Shown here: in pieces, positions 13,171 to 25,995 of the stretch
Layout of the letters: each line of letters starts with the position of its first letter
How positions within the stretch are numbered: position 1 is the first letter of the stretch
Source: Tubulanus polymorphus
Taxonomy: Eukaryota; Animalia; Nemertea
Reading direction: 5' to 3'
Assembly (NCBI RefSeq): GCF_964204645.1
Contig: NC_134028.1
Span: 6,200,001 to 6,264,000 of the forward strand
Length of the DNA stretch: 64,000 nt
Position numbers and translations under genes: made by a program
Notes under the pieces: model-generated
The model's input: only the letters and a program-made list of their open reading frames with translations
What the model was told of the DNA's origin: nothing
Databases searched by the model: none

Positions 13171-16100
13171 TCATGTCACAGCCGGATTAATACTGCCGCA
13201 CAGATCTCCTCCCGATACCATGTCGATACTCCGATGATCAATGATATCTTTCAGAGTTCCTTTCTTGTCCAGATCCGCTTGCACCGAGCCGTTCTTCTTC
13301 AGTATGAACGGACTGAAGCGTTTCGCCGGCGTCGTGTCGACCTTCGAGGCCATCGATGACGAATCGTCGTCGCTCGGGTTGATGATCACCGGGTCGCAAT
13401 CGTCGTCGTCCTCGTCGTCCATCTCTGACAGTTCCTTCGCGCTGCACGTCGGCATGTCGACGGGTATCGTCGCGTGGAACCGCGAATAGTCGATCTGGTA
13501 CTCGCCGTTCTCTTTCTGGAACGTGACGAGCCGCTCGAACCGGTGGCCCCAGACGATCTCGCCGGGCAGGTACGAGCTGCGCGCCTGCGTCGTCATGCCC
13601 GTCGACTCGACGATGCCCTCGAGTATGACGATCAGTTCGAATTGCTCGCGGTGCAGGTCCTCGACGGACATCTCCCAGAACGGACTCTCCTCGGTGATGC
13701 GGTGTTCGACGATCACCGGCCAGACGAGGAACAGCCGATCGCGGCCCTCGTCGAAACCGAAGTCGATGTCGATTTGTTCGAGCGGCAAAATCTCGCCCTC
13801 TTTCGTCATTTGTTTTTTCACCAAGGCGCCGCGTATGTGCGCCTCTATAATATGCGAGCGTCGCATGTCGCCGACGCGGAACAACAAACACATGACGCCG
13901 TTTCGTTTGCAGATCACCGCGTTCTTGCTGAACATCAACGTTTCGGCGCGTTTCTTCGGACGCGACAACTTCGCGAACACCAGACCGGTCATCAACGCCT
14001 GGATGATCACGCCGCAGCACGACTGCATCATCATGACGAGCACCGCTTCCGGGCAGTTCTCGGTCGTGTGCCGCGAGCCGTAGCCGATCGTGTGCTGCGT
14101 TTCGATCGAGAACAACAACGCCGACGTGAAGTCGTGCACCTGGTTGACGCACGGTTTCCACTCGTCGTTCTCCCAGTTCTCGAGGTCGCCGTGCGAGAAA
14201 CATATCAGCCACCAGATCATCGCAAACGCCAGCCACGATGCGATGAACGCCATCATGAACAACAGCAGATTCCAACGCCACTTTATGTCGACGAGCGTCG
14301 TGAATATATCGGCGAGGTAGCGTCGTCGGCGTTTCTTGATGTTCGTGTGCGAGATGTTGCACTCGCCGTTCTTGTAGACGAGCCGTCGACGCATGCGCTT
14401 CGAGTGCTGCCGGTCGCGGTGGTGCAACGGCCCGTTCGGCGACATCACCGGATAGTTGACGAACTCGGAAAACGAGTCATGCGAGCCGTACGCTTGACTC
14501 GACGTTTGCGAGACGAGTTCCATCTTGGAACCGCGCGAGTCCATCGTCACGAGCAGTTGTTGTTGCGGAGGCGTGTGCGCGACGCGTTGGTTTTGTTGAG
14601 CCGTCAGAAGGTGTTGCTGGGCATCGATATAAGACGGCGGCGGCGCCGACAGGAAATCCGATGAAGCAGATGATCGTTTCTTCCTCAATAAGTCTGCAAA
14701 GACAATCAAGTTGTCAATCAGTTAATAATCATTGAATAAAAAAATTGAATAAAATACAATTTTTAAGTTCGATTTTACCCTTTCAGTGAGCGCTTATTCA
14801 ACTGCTACAGTATTTCTACACCACAGTGCGGTGCATCGCTAGCTACTAATATTTCACAATGTTTAACAGGTGCTGCCATCTTTCGGTAGAGATAAGAGCT
14901 TATTATTAACATATAATCACAGCAATGCAGCGTATAGACTGCAGTATAGACTCACTGAAAGGGTTGAACTGGACTGGCACGGTGGATATTTTGCCCCTCG
15001 ACCCGGATTTATACTTGACGTGTTGTCGTGTTAGAATAAATGACAAAATAAATGGATCGTAAATCGTGTGCCGTTGTAAGTCAAAGAAAATCCGGTCCTG
15101 CCTAGAAAATCTCAGATCTAAAATTGCTTCAGCGATATACCCAAATACATACCACCTACTCTGAAAATAAATTCACTGCAAACCAGTCGACGGGAGGATT
15201 GGTATCGTAAGGTGGGCGGTTCGGAGAATGCTGACTGAACAATTGTGGGAATACGCCATATTTAAAAGAAGTTAATAACCTTATTGACGACGATGTTTAC
15301 AAATATCGATAAACCGTGTACTGGAGCGGATGATTATCAAATTGTGTCGCGCTGAATTTATCAGCAGATGAAATTTCATTCCCGACACGTACTACAAGTG
15401 TCATTAACGCAAACACTTCATATTGATGCAATTTACGAAGACGATGTCAACAAAATCGCCTGAATTTCAATGAATTTTACAAACAACGTAATCGAGTAGT
15501 TTTCTTCATTTTCAAACGCTGAAGTATGGGATAATCATTCAGGATTTTTTTTCCGTTTAGTAGCCAAAAGCCGGAATCTAGGACTTCTAGCAGTCAGAAA
15601 ACACATTTCCGACAGAAAATACGATTTTCGTTCCGCTGTACCAATTAATTGTGTCAATAATTATTTTTTTTTTCAATTTTTTTTCTTTGTTTCCACGTGG
15701 CGTCCTCTTCTTTTTTTCAGTATTGCGCACGTTTTGAATGACTTAAGATTTATTTATGATTTTTCTAAGCGCGTATTGTTGTCATCAGGCTGTTAGATTA
15801 TTTATCGCTACCGAGCATGAAAGAAAAATTCTTGGATCGAACGAATTCTTTACCGGTTAGACTGCCTGTTTTCACAGACATAACAGTCAATAACCTTTAA
15901 GCGACAGTCGATCCTAAATTTAGGTCGAGAAAAAACTTGTTCAATAGTTTGCTGCGTAAATTCATAAGAGCACGTGCGCGTTAAGTGATAGCAACAATCT
16001 TTAGATTAGTAACAGGGGCGGATCTAAGAGGGGCCAAAACAGCTCAACCCCCCCCCCCCCTTGTATTTTTTTGACAAGATAACATCTTAGGAAATTTACA

Positions 16101-17066
16101 CATATAGTGACAAATCATTGCAAGTGATATCGTACTAAGATCGCTCTAGATGCTCAGAAAATCATCCATTTCTCAAAATTTTCCATAAGAAAAACAAGAC
16201 AAATATCGCGAGGCTTCGCGCTCGCCCTCGTGTACCACGTATGCTTATAGTATACAACTAGGCCTCGGGTGTTTCGGGCCCCTCCTGTTCAAAATTCCCT
16301 GATCCGCCCCGTTGAGTAAGCAAGATTTTTAATGAAATTTTTAAGTTACATAAATTTCGTGAACAACACTTGATAATAGACGCCCCCGAGGACCGAGTAC
16401 TCTAACTTAGGATGTTACTTCCCCCAACGGAGAGATGAGCGATATACACGCTTGCTGTAATAATTCAAATGTTTGACAGTCACTGATTACATTCATAGTG
16501 GATTATTGATTTGACAATTAGAAGTATATCCCGGTTCAGATGGAATTTCATACGAACATTTCAAAACCAGAAGAAAAATGACTTTTGTATGTATAGTAAA
16601 AACACTGTATTAGATTATAACATCAAACATTATTCCTGGTGTAACGTTGTTTGTTGCAGCTACTTGAAAGTACTTCAAGAATCAATGATTAACACCAGCA
16701 ACCAACTAAGTTATTCAAAAAACAAGTCGGAATATTCATTATTTCAGCATAGTTTAATGTTTCATCACATTCGTCTTCCTCCACAGCAGCTTACAATTCT
16801 CCACCAGAGATCTGGTTCAGAACTCCGCAAGGCTCTCTCGAAACTCTGTTTCTAACTTGCTGAGGGGGCCCATTTTTATTTACAAATCTACCTTCATCTA
16901 TCTGGTGTCAAAATCATGATTTACCGGGCGATTGGAACAATAAATAAAAGTGCGATACGCATTTTTTTGCATGTCTTTCGAGAATACACGTTGTGATTTT
17001 TGAGAGAACTTCTTGCGAGATGATTCATGACAGGGATGCAGCACGATGTCCACATGATATCGCTTT

Positions 17067-17109
<43 letters not shown>

Positions 17110-19044
17110 ACAATAATCACAATATACGGGATATATACATATTATTCGATATTAAAAAAAAAATAACATTTCAAATCAGAAATACAGGGGCAGATCCAAG
17201 CTATATTCCACTGTATTCCAGAATATAGTCAGAAAAATCTGAATAACATATTTTTTACAAGTACCTAGTCTAATCTGCCTTTAAATACAAGGGAAAATAG
17301 TGATTTTCCCGAAACCCCCTTTACTGAGCTTCGGCGCCGGCATATCATCGAGCTATGATTTTTAGGAATATAGTCAAATTCACTGGCTGGATCCATCCCT
17401 GAAATATATACTAACCTTATACACTATATCACGTTCGTTCATATGATATGATTTAGTGGAAGTGCGGATATGACGGGGGTGACGGGGGGGGGGGGGGTGA
17501 TATGTAAATGATGTGTACATGATAATTGGTAGTTGATTAACAGGTGATAGGTTTACACAACCCTTGAAAGCCAGAAGCAGCTAACTATCCGACATATTCA
17601 ATAATAATAATCAATAGACACATGTGTATATACGTACGTATATGGCAAGTGTAATGTATCATGCAAACCTGCCCAATAAGTGCATCCGATCCATATTGTT
17701 CCATAAAATATCTGGCTCCAGTTGGCTCCCGTTCCACGAGCCAAGAGTTTACGATAACTCCCAACCGTGAAATATAAACTAATTTTGATGAACGTGGGAA
17801 AAATTTTTAAATGAATGTTACCGTAAATTTAACTCACAGCCGTGGCGCAGGAGCCAGATTTACGGTAGCTGAATTGTCAGAATCTGCTAATTTTCGACGA
17901 CTTGGGAATCAAATATAATTCATACTAGCCGTGGAACCTGGTCCCGATGGCCAAAAAACCGGGTCCCGCTTCGGGTGGTTCTAAAAGGTTATCTTCTGGT
18001 TGCAACCTCTGATTCAGGCATATCAAAGATTCCACATACGAAAACAGGCGTACCATAAAATTCTTCCATTTTTCGACCCAGAGGAGCGAAGTATAACTCA
18101 TGGACAGGAGCTTATAGTGGCAGTCTAAACTTTTAGTCCATGAAAATGATCGAAATCCTTGAAAATAACGTTTAAGACCGCTCTGGGGTCATAAATCATG
18201 ATCTAAATTGTTTGAATAAAAGTGACGTTAAAGACTGCTCTCACGACTGTAAAATAAGGGTCATAAATTAACGGATCATAGAAAACAAAAATTATGGAAA
18301 AAGGATTTAGTTTTGTTTGATTATGCATATTCCGTGTGCATGTCAGTCTAGAGTGTAATCAGGCGTAATGATGGGGAATGTGTGAATACGTAAGAGGATA
18401 TGTAGGGATGGGTTAGAAGAACTTGGAGTAATCATATTCTCTACAAATGAAAAGTAAGTCCCGTATACAGAGGTGCGCCCGGATTAGCTAACATACTATA
18501 TTTTGACCCGAGATGTGGCAAAAATTGAAAATTCGGTATATATGAAAAAATAGCGCTATCATACGAAAGAAATAAAATAAAAAAAACGGGTCGAAAATTG
18601 AAGCTTAGCGATTGCGGCAGATGTCTTGTGTAGGGATAGCGTATAATTGATATCGAGTAAACTCTATAGACACATCTGTTATTTGGAAACATTTTTTCTT
18701 TTCATCTCACAAAGTATCGATAATATGCATGCTATATATATATATATATATACAGGGAGGTGCATTCAATTGACTAAAACATACAGACCCCTATGATTCA
18801 TCATCATCGACGCAGTCAGGTCTATCGCAATCGAGACCCTAAATGCCAGTGTACTGCTCTAAACTAAGCCTAAACTAATATCGTATATTCATATATATTA
18901 TATATACATCGTATAGCCTATGCATCATGCATTAAATATGTAGGTAGTTTTTAAAATGAAAAGAAAATTAACTTAAGAAAATAATAATAGAAAGAAAAAG
19001 AGAGAGAGTTATTAAATCTTACCAGGTGACGATTCTTTACTCAT
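13171..19044 (-). CDS. Inward-rectifier potassium channel (Kir/IRK family), about 514 aa
   Basis: Coding join 19044-19023 (ATG AGT AAA GAA TCG TCA CCT G|gtaag) to 14693-13171 (acceptor tttgcag|AC); phase 1 matches and the total of 1545 nt is divisible by 3. The protein has RRRLVYKNGECNI, YLADIFTTLVDIKWRW, pore SALLFSIETQHTIGYG, M2 followed by AKLSRPKKRAETLMFS, and VILEGIVESTGMTTQARSSY. These are diagnostic Kir motifs. Confidence 0.93.
14778..14963. mobile_element. piggyBac-like MITE (family B)
   Basis: ccctttcagtgag ... ctcactgaaaggg termini; the interior matches 10723-11007, partly in inverted orientation. Confidence 0.65.
16013..16310. mobile_element. MITE with CAGGGGCGGATC TIRs
   Basis: caggggcggatctaagagggg ... 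ccctgatccgcccc, with an internal gcgaggcttcgcgctcgc hairpin. Confidence 0.6.
17069..17102. repeat. (TA)n microsatellite
   Basis: Uninterrupted TA dinucleotide run. Confidence 0.9.
17185..17401. mobile_element. MITE with CAGGGGCRGATCCA TIRs
   Basis: caggggcagatccaagc ... gctggatccatccctg. Confidence 0.55.
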
Positions 19045-19081
19045 TATGTTTTTAAACAAAGATGTCGAATAAAAATATGGC
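19023..19081 (-). other. Kir exon containing the start codon (59 nt, 22 nt coding)
   Basis: Minus-strand acceptor tactattttcag|g at 19081 and donor cctg|gtaaga at 19023. This implies a further upstream non-coding exon. Confidence 0.65.
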
Positions 19082-19999
19082 CTGAAAATAGTATGTACAA
19101 CAGCAGAATTTCAGTTTAGCTTTCATTGAAACGCTCCCAAAAAAGCATTTGCGCATTCGTTCATTAGTTATAACCAACTGTTCACATGGGTGCCAAATGG
19201 GCCCGGACCAAATAAGGCCATACCAAAAATGTGCATGGGTCAAATTATTGCGTGTGAATTTCAACTTGTTCTGGAAGTGACTTACTTATTTTGTTTAGGA
19301 ATTTAGTATTGAGTGAATGGTGAACGCACTGTTTAATTATACTAGGGCAAAATTTAACTCCAGTGGTGCTAGTATGAGAAACTCGGCGATAAAAGACCCC
19401 TCAAGCGGGATATGACAAGTGTTTTCAATAAGAAGTTAACAACCCAGGTCCCTTTGAAAAACAGGAGGGTCCCATAATATGTCACAGTACCTGAAAAGAA
19501 AGCTGGTTTGAAAAACCAGGCGGTCCTTTACAAACAACAGACAGGTCTGGGACCTGGCTCTCATTGAAAACACTGATGACCCCCGGGGACAGTTGGGGGT
19601 ATTATGGACTCAACGTTGAGGCTCCTCGACAAATTCTCCCAAACATGAACGTAATGTTGATATACACTAACCACGGAGTCATCGAGTCAATAACCTAGAG
19701 ATATGAAGGCGGCATATGCATGCATTTATTACACTCATTAACCACGGTGTAATAATGAACATTTCCGGGTAAAAAATTTGCATCAGGAATTTTCGCATGT
19801 ATTAGCTCCACTCATGCACCAGCTAGCAGGTTCTTATGTCATACATGTGGGTTTAAAGACCGGGTAAATTCAAGCCTGAACAAGACAGCAGCAACAAGTT
19901 GAAATGTTTGCATCGTTGAAATATAAAAGAATATGCTGATCGAATTAATCGTAAATCAATGGCAAGAGCTTCGGTAAACGCTTCTATTTCTCGTCCGTA

Positions 20000-20185
20000 C
20001 CTCGGCAGGGATTCGAACCTGTACAAACCCTGCCACACTAGACCGTGTGGACAGCTAAGATGATGTCATTATTAGCCAATCAGAAATCCTGTTTTATTTC
20101 TTATTTTGGCACAGGCTAGTGCAGCAGGGTTTCGTGCCGTGGCCGAGTCAAGCGATGCCATCGGGTTCAAAACCCTGCCAGAGGA
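20000..20185. mobile_element. Palindromic element with tRNA-box-like arms (family E)
   Basis: cctcggcagggattcgaacc ... gggttcaaaaccctgccagagg; homologous to 52009-52315. Confidence 0.6.
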
Positions 20186-21117
20186 GCATGTTGTTTCTGA
20201 ACGCATCTAACAACATAATGAAATCAGTATCTTCTAGATCTCGAAATGCTACTGGCAATTTCTTTTTTCATACCATGTTTTCACCTTGGAACTTAAAGCG
20301 AACTATTCGAAAAGCACACCAATGATAAATATATTTACGCCGAACATCTGTAGGAGATGAATTAATGATTTCATACGGAATATCCACGATACACAGCTAT
20401 GCGATAGCGTTTCGTCGTCGTAATTATTAATATCGCCGTTAGGCTACTATTCCGCAACGGCGCGGTTATCAATATTTTTCGAACGCGCCGTTCTACGATA
20501 TTTACAAGCGTCTTGAGTCGCGTCCGAAAAATCGAGAAGTACTATTTATTTCGCGCCTCGACGTATAGGGATGAGATTAGTTACCGGGAAATTTCGTTTG
20601 CGCATCAATTTTCGAACTCGAATGCGACGAGCGTCTTCTTCGCGGGATACGCGGACAGAATCCATTTTGAATATCTGATTAATTGCGGTATCGATAAGAA
20701 AGCCTGCGCCCCCTTCAGATTCATCCCGATTTCAGATACAGTCAAGTTCAAATCGGATCAAGAATCGCCTAACCGCATTTCGAGCAGTAAATTCAAATCC
20801 TGACGGAAATTTATGGCTCTGGCCTTTCGATATTCCGACCGATCTTTGATAAACCGAGGTCACGTACTGAAATACCCTGAGGAGCTAATTCTGTACTAAT
20901 TCTGTACGGGAAAATTACCCTAATTGATATCGACTGCCGAGTCAAAGACTTCCAAGAGTCAAATGTTTACGCATTGTTACCAGGAACTGGACTCAATCAA
21001 ACTTGTCCCGCTATTCAATTCAACCGACGTAACAACATTTTAGCCTAATATAGAATTTGAAATTAAACAAATGGTATTTCGGAATACGGATTTTGCACAT
21101 TTGCACCACGCTCATGT

Positions 21118-21321
21118 AACGAGAAAGATGAAGTCCGAAAAGTTTCCTTTAAACTAATAATTTATTGATTTGACGTTTCGAATATAACCCAATAGTCATC
21201 TTCAGGAATGAAACGTTGAATCAATAAATTATTAGCTCAAAGGAACTATTCGGACTTCATCTTTCTTGTTATATTAGTTTGGGATTCCATCGTCACAACA
21301 CGACCAGTGTTTCACCAATGG
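21118..21321. mobile_element. Palindromic Penelope-like remnant (family D) with hammerhead-like core on the minus strand
   Basis: Long inverted arms (aagatgaagtccgaaaagtttccttt / aaaggaactattcggacttcatctt). The minus strand of 21166-21208 reads CTGAAGA-T-GACTA..TATTC-GAAAC-GTC. An asymmetric tail (acacgaccagtgtttcaccaatg) is shared with other copies. Confidence 0.6.
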
Positions 21322-21943
21322 TCATCATTCGAGTCATTTCTACATCCTCCAATGAGACCGACGACGAAGTTGATAACAAGACTTCAAAACACTACCAAAT
21401 ATTTAAATCTTGTACCCCTTGCCTCCCGGCCAGTATTACTATAGATCAAGATGAACAGAAACTTACTTTCGTCTTCGCATCGAGAATAAAACGCCGTGCT
21501 AAAATCCGACGAAAACATTACGATCGCCCTCGCTCGTTCGTATTTACGTCGTTCGTACGATATCCAAAGTTAGAAATGTTTTGAACGATTAATAACCTTT
21601 CCGCGAAGAGAAGTGTCCGATCTTATAACAACGCTATCGTCGTAAAACAACAGCGGTGACAGGGCCTATATCATTTGAACTGTCGGTAGACCTATCATCG
21701 TGCTATATATATATACATATATACAATAACGTCAGAGACGAACGATTGCCTGTTTTAATATAAACACCCTATAATAATGATCGTATTAATTTATAGCTAG
21801 CTACCTGTTGATACACCCAGCATACACACGGTGCGCGATTCATTAACACTATCAACCCTCGAGCTGCAGTAAATCTAGTCAATTATTGCTGTAATGCGAG
21901 TTAAACTACATCATCTAGACTATGCGCGAAACTTTCAATAACA

Positions 21944-22294
21944 ACGGCGACAGATCCAGAGGCCAACTCTGAAGGACTTGTCGCATCCCAAAAGGGCATT
22001 TGATGTCCAAAAAGCCAATATTATATGTATTCCCGCACTGAGGGGCCAGTTTTGAAGAACTTGTCATATCCCGCAAGGGCATTTTGATGTCTAGAGATGT
22101 AATATCATGTCTATTTTCGCGCTGAGGGGCCAGTTTTGGAGAGCATGTCAACCCATCCAAAAAGGGCACTTTGATGTCTAAAAATCAAGCATACTCCCGC
22201 ATTGAAATTCATAAATTCTTATATTGACAAAATGAAAAAAAAGGCACTCAGAAAAATTTGATAGACTCTTACAAGTCCCCCTGGATCCCCCCTG
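21944..22294 (+). mobile_element. MITE family A copy with three internal subrepeats
   Basis: cagatccagaggcca ... caagtcccc ctggatcccccctg; aligns with 5107-5386. Confidence 0.7.
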
Positions 22295-22944
22295 TCTGAA
22301 TAACGGTAAAGCTCATATGAACGGCGTTTTCCTATCATCAGCACGGTTTTCATTTCGTACAATTTTTAATGATGTTTACACATTTTTATACGACGTCGTT
22401 CAAAACAAACAGTTGACAGCGGAACGCGAACGAACGCACGCACGCGGCGCGAGTCAAGAGACTATATATTCCCATTAATGAACGTATCGTATTGCGTTTT
22501 TAATGATTCTCGGAAAGCATTAGTTAATTGCATACGAATTGTCAATTGTAGAATAAGTCGCCGTCTAATGCCATAGAATATACATTCGGATGTAAATGAC
22601 ATTTTTACGTCGCCTCACATGAATATCACGGAATGTTCGCGCGACGGAAAACAAAAACAGTTTTCTTTTTACACATAGGACTCGCGAAATGACTGTCTGC
22701 AGATAATTGTTTTCCTATATCTATCTCATTGGTCCGACGAGAAAAATACTAAAAAAATTACTTAATATGTACAAATACCACACAAGAGGAATTTGCTAAT
22801 AGGACTATATAAAATCTTAATAATTTGAAAAAAATATAGTGAAAAAATGTTTTTAAAGTAAATAGTTTATGTAACATTTCGACTATATCGTATAATAGTC
22901 ATCTCCAGGAATACCGTGTTATAATAGTTATGAGATATATATGC

Positions 22945-23430
22945 AGGGTCCCTACAGATCAGTCATTCCTGGATATAAGCGGTTTTAAAGGAGAAAAATG
23001 CGAATTTCGAGGATTGGCTCCATCACTTTCATATCCCAATTACAGTAGACTCCTCCTAAATCGGTGCTGTTTATCACGGTACACCATTAATTTGGTGGTT
23101 ACGCAAGCAAATAAATTCTTAACACTTCCTGAACTTGGTTTTTAATTAAGTAACCCCCTAATTTGGTAAAATGTAATCTTGAAAATCCCATCCATTTAGA
23201 GGTGTAGTCTACTGAAATAGGCAATTAGAAATTTGTGTCTGGTTTGTATTCATGCAGTCTGCACGAATACAAACCAGACACAAATTTCTAATCACCTATT
23301 TCTCAAAATTGAAGGAGTTTTCGAGGACTTTCAGGCATTTCGTTTAAATCAAAGGAGATTCAAGCACCTTTAAAAGCATTTTTCATTTTCGGCGGAGTTT
23401 TTAAGGAATCAGGGAGATGTACTGGACCTT
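22945..23430 (+). mobile_element. TIR element (family F) containing an internal fold-back
   Basis: cagggtccctacagatc ... gatgtactggaccttg ends; the 3' half matches 12955-13090. Confidence 0.45.
23214..23302. repeat. Near-perfect 44-bp inverted repeat with 1-nt spacer
   Basis: 23214-23257 is the reverse complement of 23259-23302, with 3 mismatches. Confidence 0.9.
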
Positions 23431-23583
23431 GATGTGTGAACAAATAGAGAATTTTTTCATTAAAGGTATGGGGATTCTATATAATATTATCGTCGCCGCA
23501 CAACGTGCTTATATCAATGGGTATTAAGAATTTGCGGTCAACGGAATCCGCTAAAAGGATCAGTATTAACGGGGTTTACTTAC

Positions 23584-23760
23584 CTAATTACCACCAAAGG
23601 GTGGTGGACACATTAAGATCTAACTCTGCCAACAGATATGCGTGTTAATCCAGCACACCGTGTCGTTTAGATTGAATTCGAACATGAAGTCCCACCACGC
23701 GACGACAACGACGGCTAGACGCGACGGACTGCGGAAACTTTACTCGAAGAAGTCTATAGA
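23584..23760 (-). other. Candidate non-coding upstream exon of the Kir gene (5' boundary unknown)
   Basis: Consensus donor AG|GTAAGT on the minus strand at 23584/23583 at the edge of a CpG-rich stretch. The acceptor at 19081 requires an upstream exon. Confidence 0.35.
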
Positions 23761-25859
23761 AAATAGAAAGACTCGATTAGATACAAATTATCGCATATAG
23801 TCGCAGGTGAATTCGTTAATAGCGCGGGCGAGTCAAATCTCGTTCTTTTATAGAGAAATCGACAAAACAGGTCGCGACCTTTTTATCAACCATCAAAGAG
23901 TCGCATTTCTCATTCTGCAGTTTATTTCAAGTTTAAGAAGTTTCGCTGCGTTCTTTCTTTGTCGCTTTGGGCTGAAAATCGCGTTTCATTTGTGAATAAA
24001 ACGGCGTATAAATTATCGATTATACTTATTTCGACAAGTCGCAACATATATATCTCTCTCTTGATAAACGGGCGTTTTGAAAGCCGAAATTCAGTGGTTG
24101 AAAAAGATTCTCGCGAGACAAAGAAAAACCTAGGCATAACTCGCGACAATAGAATCCACTTCTCTCATTGGTTATCCCAAAGTGCTGTTTTCATATCCTT
24201 TTCAGCTAAATATCTAATTGTTCCAGACCTGCATGGAAACATTTTTAATGGACCGACCGGACAGAAAGGAAACTCGGGGCCAAGCAACGTTAAAGAACAT
24301 TTACAATGAATACATTTGAATAGGGCGAAAACCAAAATAACAACAACAAACAATTAATTTACACCCTCAGGCCTCGACGTGTTACAACGTGATATATTTG
24401 GATTATTTTGAAAACATTTCCAGCGCGTAAGAGCATTCGATTACAAAACAATTCAACAATTTGTCGACAAACAAGCCCCTAAAGCTGCGATCACAAGTGT
24501 GTTTTTGAAACGCACCATAGGCCTATATCAGGCCCGACCAACCAAAAATGTCAGACCAGGCCCGTACCGAAGTAAAACATCATGGGTGTGAACATGCTCT
24601 TGAATAAAGAATCGGGCCAAATGCAACTCGAGTCTGATCCGGGCCAGTTTAACCCGGGCCAAATTCGCTCCAGCGATCGCGGCTTTAAACTAACCTTATA
24701 GAACTTGACCGAATGAGTGAACACGCTCTTAGATAAACTTGACCAACGCCCTGATGAATGAACCCAGCTGTACTGTTGGTTTAAATCGTCTCTAGATTTT
24801 ACATACAATTCTAAATGGCTTATTGATGTACGAAAGTCCGATTCCTTGAATCAATGTTGCCATGAAATTTGAAATGCAACATGTTTTATTCATTTGAATA
24901 TATAAAATCAATCATTCCACCCAAGAATATATAGACAGGCATGACACGATGAATCAATAATTAACATAGATTGATAATTACTGATATAAGTATCGTTCAG
25001 AATGAAGTCACATGCTATCCGAGAAATAGAGCTTAAATTTTTATTACTCCATTATGGGCCACAAATGACGGTTTCAAGTGCAAACGATCCTGCACCAGAC
25101 GCGAATTCCAGTTCTTTTTAGACATGGAATGATTTTCATTTTTGAATGAATTTGCAGTCAAGCAAAAATTAGGTCGGATTGAGATTTGTCAACATAGCCT
25201 AGGGCCAAGATAAGATGTTGCTCGGTCCAACTTTTTAGTATCCATTCATTTGTTTGAGTGTAAGTCGTATAAGATGAATTCAAGTCCGATGGTTTGATTT
25301 AACTGACATTTCCAGCCAGTCGAGATAAATTTTGTCAGCATATTAGGCTCGCGGATTATGGTGGGTTCCATCCGACTATGGCCTATAGAAAGGCAGGGAA
25401 TGCTCCTATCTCTCTAATGCTTAACTTACAACGGCTGGCATAGGCCTAAAGTTTGAGATAGCTGAACAATGCTGATGACAGTCAAAGGGCGGTTCCAAAG
25501 ATATTTTGGCCCTGAAATAATACGGCCAATACCATAATACCAATTCTTGATGTTTATTTGACGGCATTGACACTGTTTTAGTGCCAACAAATATAAATAT
25601 GGCTAAAAAATCGATACTTGTGCGGGAAATATGACCAGATAGGCCTAAGTATCAACATCGGAAATGCAGGATTAGGCCTACGATGGCGCCAGCTGTCCCA
25701 GGTTTAATGAAGTATAAGTTTAGCATTACGGAGATAAGATCGTTTCCTGCCTTTCTGTCTTGATGTAGAAGAGCCTGAAGAAGGGTAAATCTATTTTTGG
25801 ATTGCACTCGAGACTCGAATCTCCGAAAATCTAACTTAGAAAACATTGTTTCTAGGCCT

Positions 25860-25995
25860 AGTGAAAACGCCGCCATTTCGCTGTCGACCATAGAACCGGT
25901 ACAACCCCATTTTGAGCTGTCTCCGCTAAATAAACGCTGATTTCATTGTGAGACATTTGTTATAGAGTGATGGTTATAAGCTTGTTGGAAGCAGT
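25860..25995. promoter_or_regulatory. Possible promoter region between the divergent Kir and cadherin genes
   Basis: YY1-like GCCGCCATTT at 25868-25878 and a + strand donor gca|gtaagt at 25993/25994. The first cadherin coding exon has an acceptor at 28695, so a 5' UTR exon must lie upstream. Confidence 0.25.

Noticed and set aside
13238-14664. Long alternative-frame and antisense ORFs (374, 396 and 186 aa) overlapping Kir
   Set aside because: Explained by the GC-rich codon usage of the Kir exon, which suppresses stops; the products are low-complexity Arg/Asp/Val-rich with no domain motifs.
14694-14709. ORF-track start of Kir at 14709 (MIVFA)
   Set aside because: This is a TTG in intron sequence upstream of the tttgcag acceptor; a frame-compatible ATG exon exists at 19044-19023.
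21915-22169. Similar short ORFs at 5057-5329 and 21915-22169 (SSKLAPQC repeats), and a CRISPR-like look of their repeats
   Set aside because: These are internal tandem subrepeats of a MITE in a eukaryotic genome; the spacers are not unique and there are no cas genes.
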